This document shows positions 13,412-25,172 of a stretch of DNA of 64,000 bases, one piece after another. Position numbers and translations under genes: made by a program. The first letter of the stretch is position 1; each line of letters opens with the position of its first letter. Where the stretch lies: NCBI GenBank assembly GCA_964016885.1, contig OZ024755.1, forward strand, positions 558,001 to 622,000. The letters run 5' to 3'. The notes below the pieces were generated by a model, which did not search any database, was not told where the DNA came from, and worked only from the letters and a program-made list of their open reading frames with translations. This DNA is from Eledone cirrhosa (lineage: Eukaryota).

Positions 13412-13813
13412 ATTATATAGGGCCTTTATCAACAGGATTAAGTTCACTCAATTGAATATAATTGAAGCTGTAAAACAAATGTTGCAGAGAACCAGAAAGG
13501 GCAGTAAATTTATTATCAGTCTATCAGTCATTTTATATCCTTTTCAACTGGAGAGCTATGATATATATCAAGGGCAATGACAGAAAATTAGCTTTTGGAG
13601 TTACTTGCCTTTACAATAGCAGCAGTGACATGAAACAATGACATGAAAATGAGAACTGAGAAATTAAAATGGCTGCTAGAATCAACAAGCTGCTAGAAGT
13701 AGAACAGTCTATTTATTAATTAGATGATAGCATGAGTGAACTTCAGATGTGTATGTCACATCATGCATTTCAAAACAGACATAACAGTATGAATCATTCA
13801 TTTATTATTATAC

Positions 13814-13840
13814 ACTCACCTGGAAAATACACAATAAAAA
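13814..13840 (-). other. Candidate recursive (ratchet) splice site, AG|GT junction at 13820/13819
   Basis: Minus strand reads tttttattgtgtattttccAG|GTGAGT. Confidence 0.35.
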
Positions 13841-14602
13841 TGTCACTGAAACTTTAAGAAAAAAGCAATGAACCTTAAATATTTATTAATTAATCCATCT
13901 TACTAAGTGAAAGCAAATAATTCTAATTTTCTGAATGTCATTTAAATTGGCTGCAGATAATTAAAGAACAAGCTAAAGTTTTGTGAACATACATTCTAAG
14001 AGTTAGGATCAAAAGTTCAATATTTTTGAAATTGAGTATAATTAAGTTTGGTCTTTTGAGATAACACAGATCAATAACCACTTTGATTGGTCAAAATAAC
14101 AATTTTTCTAATGGACTAGTTTTAGTCAAATTTAAACATAATACAATATATAGCTAATCAATCTTTCATGAGACTCAAGATAATATTTCAAAATCTTTAG
14201 CCAAATCTATGATTCTATGACCCATGGATGAAAAGAAATTATTGATTTAGCAATGTACTTAAAGTGATGAAAAAGTTATTCCAATTTCATAGCTATAATT
14301 CTCCAAGATCACAAAGTCTGCAAGATTAATATCAACAATATAAATTGTATGGTTATTCAAATATATATATTGTCAGCACAGAATTACCATTTCTTCAGTA
14401 GAAAATGTTTTCAACTCATAGAATCAAAATTGACTAAAGGGAAATAGTATTTCTACAAATCAACTAATAATTTAGCTAGAAAGGGCAGACTTTTACTTGC
14501 TGAGGACCTAAGCTATATGAAATTTGAGGGCCTTCTCGATAGAAAAAAAAGAAGAAAATATGTAAAAAAAATTTGAAATACAGTTTTTATATTAAGATTA
14601 AT

Positions 14603-14787
14603 TGTTTCTACTTTAGGCACAAGGCCAGCAATTACCCAGTGCATTACTGGTACTTTATTTTATCGACCCCGTAAGGATGAAAGGCAAAGTCAACCTCGGC
14701 GGGATTTGAACTCAGATCGTAAAGGGACGTAACTATGCTGGAAAGCATGGCGTCCGACCCTCTACCGATACTGCCAATCCACCACCC
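14603..14787 (-). mobile_element. Young full-length family A SINE
   Basis: Reverse complement of the 13224 and 56424 copies; 13-bp TSD tattaagattaat at 14590-14602 and 14790-14802. Confidence 0.9.
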
Positions 14788-15419
14788 TGTATTAAGATTA
14801 ATGGAAAAGAATTATATATATATTTGAATTATATAGGAATCCTTTTAACATAGGTGGTTTTATTTCAGAGTACTGGGGCTGATTTTGGCTGGATTGGTAT
14901 CAAAACTATAATTATAAACTAACATTTTTAGGAGAATGGTTTTTTTTTTTTTCCTGTCAACTTTTGGGGTAATATAAAACTAGAAAAAATGCAAGAAAGC
15001 CAAGATTCTTTTGTAGGTGGAAAACTTACTAGAAATAAAATTAAATCATGAGAAAACCTTTTTCCCTGCACGATATAAATAATGTAAACCTAACTTTGGG
15101 AAATATAAATAGGATATCTGAAATATTACCACTAAAACCTTTCTACTCAGAATAACAGATATTGGAATTGCAACAAGTGTTTTTATCAAAATATATTTCA
15201 TATATATGCAAAAGGTGGACATAAACAACAAAGCAAACAGCACAGTAGAAGTAGAAATATATTAGTTTAACGCTTGATATAGTAGGGAAAGGGACTTTAT
15301 GTTTCAGACACTAGACCTTCGTCACAAGATAGAATGAGAATTAAAAGGTGAAATAGAGAAGAGGAAGAAATAAAAACATTTTTTTTTAAACAAGCAACGT
15401 GTGTATTGAGTGAGCCATG

Positions 15420-15457
<38 letters not shown>

Positions 15458-15496
15458 AAGCACGTGTGTATTGAGTCGGCCATGTCATATATATAT

Positions 15497-15782
15497 AGAG
15501 GCACATTGGCCTTGCAATTGAAAGGTTGAGTTCAATTCTCAGACTGGGTGGTGTGTTGTTTCCTTGAGCAAGACACTTTATTTCACATTGCCCCAGTTTA
15601 CTCAGCTGTAGAAATGAGATGATAGGACTGGGGTCCCTATCATTTCACTGCAAAAAAGCACCCAGCACTCACTGTAAATAAGGTTGGTGTTAGGAAGGGC
15701 ATACAGCTGTAGAAATCAACCCAGAATCAGTTCTCATCCCACCCTTGCAAGCAGGGAAAAGCGGACGTAAAATGATGATGAT
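15497..15782 (+). mobile_element. CORE-type SINE with RTE-like 3' tail
   Basis: CORE-like tccttgagcaagacactttatttcacattgccccagtttactcagctgtagaaatg; tail acccttgcaagcagggaaaagcggacgtaaaatgatgatg. Confidence 0.7.
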
Positions 15783-17186
15783 ATATATATATATAACCGA
15801 GAGTAATCTTAGAACAATAATAAATAATATATTAAGTACATTTTCCTCCAGTTTGTATATATTTACACACCCCCACCAACAACATTTGTAATTTGTCATA
15901 TCTATGCCTCATGACCAACAAGAAAATGATGGATGAGTATATGAATTATAAAGAAGAAAATTATCAATTTCTTTTGCTCCTGGTGGCATCTATACAGCTG
16001 AGGATAAAAAGCAGACTATGTATGTTGAATACTAACTAATGTTTATTTCTCAGCAGAACAAGTTTTATGTTATTCCATCAGTTTCTATTTTGTTTTATTT
16101 TTGTTTTTCTGTAAATTTATTCTAAATACTTTCTGTTAGAAACCCAATCTTTCTGGTCTTACTTTCAAATCCCACCACAACACTTCTCAATATGGCTGCG
16201 TAGTTAAGGAGTGCACACAGAGGTGAGGTCATTTGTTTATCACCCACTGCATTACTGAGCAAACTTATGATCCAAGTTGTTCCAGCAGTAACTACCCCAG
16301 CGTTCTTTTACCAGAGATATTGTAGATTTAGTAAGTATATATAGACCTGTCCAACCCATGCTAGGGGGGAACAGGTTCACATAGTCAGGGAAAACAGAAC
16401 AAGGTGGAGAGAAGAGATTAATAATTTTACAGGTATTTCCTGGGGAGTGTTACAGGGTGGAAAGAATTGGCAGCAGCTTGGGGAAGACTTTGTTATAGTG
16501 GGAGAGGGTCAGATAATGGTTGAGAATGATGAAATGGTAAATAACTTTTCTTCAAATGAGCTTTCAAACGTTTATGTTCTCTCTATATATTCTCTATATA
16601 GTTGGCTGGAAGAGAGAGACAGAGAGACAGAGAGAGAGAGAGATCATTGTGGATAAAGTTAATGTTTATCTATTCCTGATGGGATACTTTGTAAAATTTA
16701 AACATAGTACTGACATGGAGACAACCACACACACCATGAAAAGGTTATTTCAATTATGCCACAAGTCTGAGAGGTAAAAAGCTATCAGTTTCAAATGCCT
16801 GGAGAGGAAAATATTATATATGTACAACTTGTCACTGAAATGGTTTATACACTTTTAAGATTTATGTTCCAAATAAAGAATTAAAAAAAAACACAAATCT
16901 GAATTCTTTGATATATGAAAGACAGTGATATATGAATCAAGATAGAAGTTCAGAAGTTCCAGATGATACCAAAGTCTAAAAATATTACCACTCTTCCTCA
17001 CCAACTTTCTTTCATGCAAGCATTTCTACTGGGAAAGCGTCATGGAGAGATCAAGTTGGTGACTTGTAATGAAGTCAAAGGTCTGTAACGATGTTATGCT
17101 GTGGGTATGGCACATATCTATATCATCATTGATCCACTGCTGGCAAAGTCTTTCGCTGACTCTGAAACACAAGTACTTGGTGTTTG

Positions 17187-17384
17187 TACAAGGGCCGGCA
17201 GAAAAGTTCATACGCTGATTATGAAGTAGTTGTGCTAGAGCTGTGAAATCTTACATGCATTAATTTCAACTTTTCTTATTAATTAATGACTGTAATGTTT
17301 CTTTCTGGAGACGATGTTGAAAAATAAACCATTTGCTCATTCCATGAGAGTATCTTGATCAGCCTATGACCTTTTCAGCTGACC
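17187..17384 (+). mobile_element. Internally deleted Tc1/mariner element (MITE)
   Basis: Left TIR tacaagggccggcagaaaagttcatacgctga and right TIR tcagcctatgaccttttcagctgacc. The remnant GGAGACGATGTTGAAAAATAA (GDDVEK*) resembles the mariner transposase C-terminus GDYVEK*. Confidence 0.7.
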
Positions 17385-18121
17385 AAACCATTTTATACAC
17401 TCTTGTCAAGTGACCAAAAGCATTTTACTAGTTGTTCACATATGAACCGACTAATAGAGAGGTGTCAACCCTCTGACTTGTGTCAACATTTCTGATTTAG
17501 TTCTTTCTGGTTTTACCAGTTGTTTGCCAGATATATCTTATCTCTCACAAGGTGTGAGTATCACTTCCAGCGGCCTTTTTCTAAACCATTTAAACCACAT
17601 AACACTCAGCTAACTGAAATAAACTAATAACTTAACAGATTTTACTCAATACTACTAACAAAACAAAAATTGTGACAAAAATCTCTCCAGGGGGTCTTTG
17701 TTCAAACCATTTGAGCTCAAAATACTTAACATAATTGAAGCTAAGAGATAATACTAACAAACTAATAAGTTAACAGATTTTACTTAATACTACAAACAAA
17801 ACAAAAATTGTGACAATCTGGTTCTTTCTATTTTCGTAATTACATGTTTTACGATAGAATGAAGAAAAACATTTCAAATTCTTCCATTTGATAGATATAA
17901 CAGATGGAGAGAGAAGGAAACTATTTTAAATGAACACTGCTGAATAAATCAATAGATTTTACATTAAATTAGAGCAACTATGAATTCAGATCTATTCAAC
18001 TAGTCTAAATAAACCACACCAAAACACTAAAAACAAAAAATAAAAATACAAAGCAACAGGGCTTTTCATAAAAGGATGAGTCAAAAAATTACTACCTTGC
18101 AGCTAATGTTACGCAGAAATA

Positions 18122-18123
<2 letters not shown>

Positions 18124-18195
<72 letters not shown>

Positions 18196-18560
18196 GTGGT
18201 GTGTGTATATATATATGTGTGTGGTGATGTATATATATATATATGTGTGTAGTGGGCATATATAGGTATGGGATGGTGTGTATATTTAGTGCATGCTTAT
18301 AGATGTGCTCATATAAAGACCTACTAGATGTATTAATGTACACGTATACTAAAGGTGTGTGTTTAATGTATGTATATAGATGTGTCATGTAAAGTGTCTA
18401 TATATGGTGTGTGTGGTGTGGGTGTGGGTGTGTGCGTGGTGTGTATGGTGCGTGTGGTGTGCGTGGTGCGTGCAGTGTGTGTGTGTGCGGTGTATGTGCT
18501 GTGTGTGTGGTGCGTGTGGAGTGGTGTGTGGTGTGTGTGACAGTCTTTGTGCACGTGCGT
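18124..18560. repeat. Low-complexity (GT/TA/GTGTG)n region
   Basis: Directly visible. Confidence 0.9.
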
Positions 18561-18682
18561 GCACCTGCATGCGAGTTATGAAATGTCTACCAATTCAATA
18601 TCAATGAACATTTTACCATTACACTAACAATATACTACGGTGCTTCCTTTGCAGTTCATTTCTATCCACTTTAACCTCAATT

Positions 18683-18975
18683 CCACCACCACTACCGCCA
18701 CTACTACCACTACCGCCACTACCACCACTACTACCACTACCGCCACTACTACCACTACAGCCACTACCACCACCACCACCACCACCACCACTACAGCCAC
18801 TACCACCACCACCGCCACTACCACCACCACCACCACTACAGCCACTACCACCACTACAGCCACTACCACCACTACAGCCACTACCACCACTACAGCCACT
18901 ACTACAGCCGCCGCCACCACATCCACCACTACTGCCACTACCACCACTGCTACCACTGCTGCAACTATTACTCCT
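18683..18975. repeat. (CCA/CTA)n trinucleotide repeat
   Basis: Directly visible; explains the poly-G/V/T ORFs. Confidence 0.95.
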
Positions 18976-20262
18976 CACTGCCATAGCTAGCTTTAAAGAC
19001 AATAAAATTAGCATTAATATTTTCAACTAAAAGATCATTTCAACCTTCTCCAATTCCCTCATTGTTCAGCTATTTCCCAGATCAGACACACAGACAGTTC
19101 TTCCTTCAGTTAATCTACTTTCCTCCTCATCCTAACCAAGAAACAAACAGAAATCCCCGGAGTTCTACAATGAAACAACGAAACTAATCAAATTCAAGGG
19201 TAAAAGGCAAACGTTAGGTAAATTCCTGTTACTTGAAATAATTTTAAGATAATCCCACTTTGGGGTTAGTAAGTCATGCCAAAAGTGTTTATGCATCAAG
19301 GAACACCAAATTCCCATCTTTAGGAAGAAGAATTCCTCCTCTACAGCATATCATGAATCAGTGCCAGAAAAAGCCTTATAACATTTAAAAGTTTACATGC
19401 TTGTTTGAAGCATATTAGTGTGGGTTTCATGGATCTGCTATTTGTCTAAACACAGTTGGTTCCAGGCCAATATTGGATTAACCATGTTACCAGACTATAT
19501 AATAATACAATAAGAAACACTATCTATATCCCTCAACTTTAATAATATGAAGACACAGATATTTAAAATTGTATCTAATGCCATAGCCTGGGTGGGAGGG
19601 TAGGATGTTGGACACATGATCATAAAGTTATGAGTTTGATCCCTGGACAAGGCAGCACATTGAGTCCTTGAGCAAAGTGCTTCATTTCACATTGCTTTTG
19701 ATTGTAGGACTGGTGCATTCTATCATTAAATCACAAAACTCATGGTCATTCGTGGCCAGAGGATGTCTACTTTTTTATTATTATTATTTGTAGAACCTAT
19801 AAGTTACAGGACATAAACAAACAGAAATTAACATGCATACACAACTGGCTTCAGCACAATTTCTGTCTATGCAGTGATTAAAAAAGAAAAGAAGAAAAAA
19901 CATAAGAATGTATGATAATTTCCTCTAAAAACCTTAACTGTAAGAAGTTAAGATTGATTGTACGTGATATGATAATACAAGCCAATATGTCTATCTGCAA
20001 ATCAACACCAGTGAAATTAGATTAAAAAGACGGGATAATACAAAATACAATATATTTTTAGAAAAAAATTAGAGATAAGAGAGTCTTTTGCTATTTAAAG
20101 CAGTTTAAAGATTAAAACTTATAAAGTCTATTTAATAAATGTTAATTTACTAGGTTATACAAACAACTTTGACTGTTTCCAACATTTTACAACAGCAGCT
20201 CTTCAACTTTAATATTGGAGATTCATTGATAAAGTACAGAGACATTACCCATTACCGATAAT

Positions 20263-20540
20263 AATGGTTTCTGGTTTAGACAAGGCAAACAAATTAGCAG
20301 GAGGGGGTAAAGTCAATTAAATTAACCTCAGTGCATTACTGATAATTTAGTTTTTTTACCCTGTAAGCATGAAAGGCAAAGCTAACCTCAACAAGATATG
20401 AACTCAGAGTATAGAGGATGGATCAACCACAGTATTTAACTGGTACTTTATTGACCTCAAAAGTTGACCTTGATGGAATTTGAACTGAGAGAGCTGAAAA
20501 GAATACTGCAAACATTCTGACGTTCTAATAACTGCCAATT
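20263..20540 (-). mobile_element. Two adjacent old SINE copies (family A-related)
   Basis: Diverged gaaaggcaaagctaacctc and aagttgaccttgatggaatttgaactgaga segments. Confidence 0.6.
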
Positions 20541-22249
20541 CCTCATGGACAGTATACAGGAAGCAAACATATCGGCACAAGACATTTCTCATCCTGCTTT
20601 TGTTGATATTCTAATTTTATGACTCATATGTTACTTCTTAATAACCATATTCGATCTAAGACCAAATTTAAAATCAATTTCCAGAGGCCAGTAAGCACAA
20701 ACAATAAATAAAATTAATTAGACACAAACTTAACTTAATTTGCAATGACAAAAATATAGTTAATCACAATAAAATACGTAATATGTATTTCAAAGTTAGC
20801 TAAACTATGAAGAATTTTTCAGAGAAATTGGAAAGAAATCGAGAAATAATTAACATCAGAGAATATCAAAAGTTATGAGGTGGGCTTGGGGGGGGGGGGG
20901 GGGGGGCAAATTCTAAAAAAAAAGAAAAAAACTAAATCAGACTTAAAATCTAATTAACTTAGATTTATTAATGAAAACAAAGTTTGGAAAATTTTACATC
21001 TATAAAGAAATATCTTTATAGATGTTTATAGAGTTTTCTTAGGAATTTCTCTGACTAAATTGAAATTGTCAAATGTAAATTCTCAGTAGGATTTAACATT
21101 AATTTTATATATTAAAGTGTGGAGAGATATGTGGCCTAGTGGTAAAGGTGTTGGACTTGTGATCATAATGTAGGTTTAATTCCTGGGGTTGTGTGTTGAG
21201 CAACAGGATAAGAGTAGAGAAAAGAAACCAGAAAAAAGGGAGGAGAGGAGAAAACCTGGTGTTACTAATCAGGCATCTTAAGAAAGGAATTGAGAAGAAA
21301 TGAAGCTTTGAAGAGTTAGTAAGAGGGGAAATAAGCGAGACAATGTTGATGGAGGTGATGAATTAAAAATGCATTGTGCGTGTGCGTGTACATACATACA
21401 TTCACACACTAACTGATACTCGTCTTAATTTCTAACACCTTACTAGAACTGAAAGGTGACAGGCACAGCTGACTTCAACTAAGTCCTTATTGCTTTACTG
21501 TTCTCAGTTCAAAATCTCACTGCTTTTCATACTTCCAGGATCAATAAAATAACCATTAAAGCCAAGTGAAGCTTGTCTCCATTTTAGGATATAAAACTTA
21601 ATGAATTGGAATCTAAAGTGATCAGCCCATTATACATGAAGCATTTCATAATCATTTCAATTCTGATCCTTCCTTTGTTGATTTTCAATTTTAATGCCTC
21701 ATATATTACTTCCTAATAACAATATTCTTCTAGCACCAAACCTAACCTTTTCTTCTAATGAAAATATTACCTTGTCATCACTAAGTCAACTAAATAGGAT
21801 CATCTAATAACTGTACCTAACCACTGCAACTACTACCACTACTACTTCAAATAAACAATCACAGCAGTCCTCGGTGTTAGTCTTAGATTATGATGTTCTG
21901 TCCATTGTAGAAAATGCACTGGAAGCAATAGCTGACAGTCGGTGCATCTGCTGGAATGCACTCATTGATTGCACTGTATACCCAGAATTTACTTTATCCA
22001 CTTTTCTATACTCAGTAAAAGGTCATCATACTACAATAATTTTAAACAAATGGCAAGGAGATTAAAAGCTAAGGAATATTAAAGGTTCGTTCTAAACAGA
22101 ATCTACTGAAGTCACCTCCTATCATATTTCCTTGGTAAAATATTTTATTCAATGTAATGATCTTCTCAGCATGGTCAAATGGTTGAGTTTTCACCATCAT
22201 CAGGTCCCTAATTCGATCCTATTGTATGGCATTCAAGTCTCTGTATAGA

Positions 22250-22380
22250 TCCCTGATATTGTGAAGTGTCATCATCTGGCCCTTACTTGCCATGTCATTC
22301 ACCATGATGAACCTGCTGGAAGATTGACTCTGGAGCTCAAACACCACTTCCAGGCATCAGATGACTCAAGAAGAGAAGTA
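22250..22380 (+). mobile_element. Decayed RTE-type LINE fragment
   Basis: Translation PDIVKCHHLALTCHVIHHDEPAGRL resembles the RTE motif 'RRL.LAGHV.R..EPA'. Confidence 0.5.
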
Positions 22381-22876
22381 TGGCTTCATGATCAAGTGTC
22401 TTTTATCATAGCCTGCCATCAACCTAAGCCTTGTGGGTGAAATTAGGTAGACAGAAACTGTTTGGAAGCCCATCAGATGAACTGTACCCGTAATTCAAAG
22501 GGTCAGTCTTATCACACACAGTGTAATGCTGAATCTCCCTGAGAATTACACTTATGGTACACGTGTCTGTGGAATACTCAGTCACATGCTTATTTAATCC
22601 CTGAATGTTGTAAACTAAAAAGGTTGGCACCAGGAAGGGCATCCAGCCATAAAAAGGAGCATATGATATGTATGAAACCCGTCATGGGAGCAACAAAACT
22701 AACCTCTACTTTAACAGGGAAATTAACTTAAGATGCTTCTGTGTCGTGTTGTTAAATATTAATTTAATGAGTAGGCTGCCTATTCTCTTGACCGAATAAC
22801 TAGAACAACTCATCGTTGAAACCAACAACAGTCCATTTAGCTAATTATAAGCAGATTAATGATACACATATACCCC

Positions 22877-22975
22877 TGAATTAGATGGATCAGTCCATTA
22901 AGATTTTTCCTGAATTAGATGGATCAGTCCATTAAGATTTTTCCTGAATTAGATGGATGGGTCCATTATGATTTT
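22877..22975. repeat. Three tandem copies of a ~35-bp unit (cctgaattagatggatcagtccattaagatttt)
   Basis: Directly visible. Confidence 0.9.
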
Positions 22976-24054
22976 ATAGCTAGAAGTCAACCATAACAGC
23001 AATACATTAACAGAAGGTTGAACAGAGAACAGAGAAATTAGTTTCTGCAACAAATGATATTCTTTTATTTTTCTTCTTCCAGGTATTTCTAGCAGAAGTA
23101 ATATTTGGTTTAATCATTTAGGAAATTAATGTTTGTATAATTAATTTCTTTAAAAACATTTCCTTCTATAATAAATACTGTAAATTAATTAACGATCCTA
23201 AGCCTAATAGCAACTATGAATATTTGGCCATAATTAGTTAGCAAACCATATCTGACATTGGTCAGTGAATCAGTAAATATTACGTGGATATATATATATA
23301 TATATAGGGAGGGGGAGAAGAGGAGAATGTCCCTTATTTAGAAATAAACAGGTTGAGTTAAATGTTATTTCATAATCATTGTTAGTCAAAAGATTACACA
23401 TCTTGTTACTAAACTAATAGACACTACTACAGAGTGACTTGTCATTCTATCCCCTCTCTCATACTCTTTACTATATCCCCTTCTCTCACACACTCTTTAT
23501 ACTCCCCCCCCCCATTATAGCCAGAGGGAAGGAGAGAGGAAAGTGAGAAGAGAGAGAGGTAGGAGAAAATGAGTGGGGGTAGAGAGAAGAGAAAAGCCAT
23601 GAGAATGAGGGAGTGTTGAATTATATTGTGATGAATGAATAAGTACCTTCCTCTTAAAATGTGGCTGTGTAAACCAGTCTAGTTATGTAAGTAGCTCATT
23701 TATATATTATTTATTCAATTTATCATTTATTTGATATTATCAGAAACCAAAAAGCTTAGAGAGCTAAAACTTTATGGCATAATTCAAACAAGAAAATAAA
23801 AACCCAGAACATCATGTAGATTTATATCGATACAACCATGGCTAAACAGAAGAAAGAAAAAGCAGAATAGTTCCTCTGCTGCTGCTGCACAATTAACTCA
23901 GCATAAAACGAAGGATATAAAAATGTGGCTAGATTATAAAATATTATTTCACTGTCCTTCATAGGTAATAAAGATTTTGTGTCTTGCCAGCATCTCGTAT
24001 GTACTGAACATCTATTAACACTTTCGTTGATATATTTCAAATGTAATACTAACT

Positions 24055-24190
24055 ATATACAATTGGAAAGATCTCAGACCTCATTCTCTTACCAAGTGAG
24101 GTGGAACTCATTAGATGGGACCAAGGAAACAATGTTTCCATTGGTCTTTCCATTGTTGATATTATCTACCAGTTGCAACTCCTGGCAGAA
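24055..24190 (-). mobile_element. Interspersed repeat with palindromic core (family P)
   Basis: Reverse complement of 52328-52465 and 56275-56405. Confidence 0.7.
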
Positions 24191-24869
24191 AGTGTAACAT
24201 GAAATAAAGTGTCTTGTACAAAGACATAACATATCAACCATTTCAGGAATCAAACTCACAACCTATGAACTTTTCAGCTTTCCCTCATATTTACAATTAT
24301 TTAACCTAGAAATATATTTAAGATCAGAAAAATGCTGCTCAAAATTAGGCACATGACATGATATTCAATTTTTTATTTATAAAATGTTGATAATTGTGTG
24401 TTTCTAACCAAACTTAATGAGTCATGATAAATCTTATTTTTAAAAAAGTGTGTCACTAATGCAAAACATTTGTAGAGCTGTGTGAAGTTAACCAATTCAG
24501 CTTTCAGAACTGAAGCAACTACAATTGTCTGAAACTATAAACATTGATATTCTAAATGACAGTTTCTCTTACTTTCCTGTTGTTTTAACTTAGCATTTAA
24601 CAGGATTTGTGTCATATTTAGCTTTCAATAGCTGGATATACACTTGCGGTCACTACTCCATACAAGTGAAAGCAGTACTCTGTATTAGAGCGGCTGTGTC
24701 TCACCGAAACATCCAACAATAGAGAGACAGAGATGGATGGAGGAAACGTGTTGTAGAAAGCCGAGCAAGCTCGACCTAATGATATATGTTTATGATTTAA
24801 CAGGATGTTAGTTGTTCCAATCCACACAAAATTACCATCCATGTTTTAGACTAAAAAGTATCTTTACTT

Positions 24870-25114
24870 TTAACCCCTTTGTTAAAAAATCATCCAAAAA
24901 TGTCTCTGGTATTACAGAACCACCAATTTCAAAGAGCTCCAATGTAAATTAAAATCTTCCAATATAATTTTATAGAAGAGCCTTGTTTATATCGCAAATA
25001 CAATCTTAATTGTTTCTACTTAATAATGACATAATTTTAGTAAATTCCTCCAAATCCTTATTTATCAAGTCAAATACAGTGTATTTTATAAGAAATATGG
25101 TCATGAAGGAGTTA
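24870..25114. mobile_element. piggyBac-like MITE
   Basis: ttaaccccttt ... gaaatatggtcatgaaggagttaa, bounded by TTAA. Confidence 0.55.
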
Positions 25115-25172
25115 AGACAAAGGTGGGAGCAAGAGTTGATGGTTTGATAAAATCGTTTGCTCAGTGCAACCT

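Noticed and set aside
18619-19026. Apparent signal peptide plus Gly/Ser-rich secreted protein ORF
   Set aside because: The body is a (GGT/AGT)n trinucleotide repeat open in several frames, with no supporting gene structure.
21860-22031. Possible minus-strand coding exon
   Set aside because: Frames close quickly after the acceptor, with no convincing donor or homology.
23061-23088. + strand AG|GT site (ttttcttcttccAG|GTATTT), with similar ones at 3153, 47686 and 52006
   Set aside because: Weak donors, on the strand opposite the inferred transcript; these show the background rate of such motifs.
23822-24040. 72-aa minus ORF with protein-like composition
   Set aside because: No clear splice sites or recognisable motif; the length is within chance expectation.
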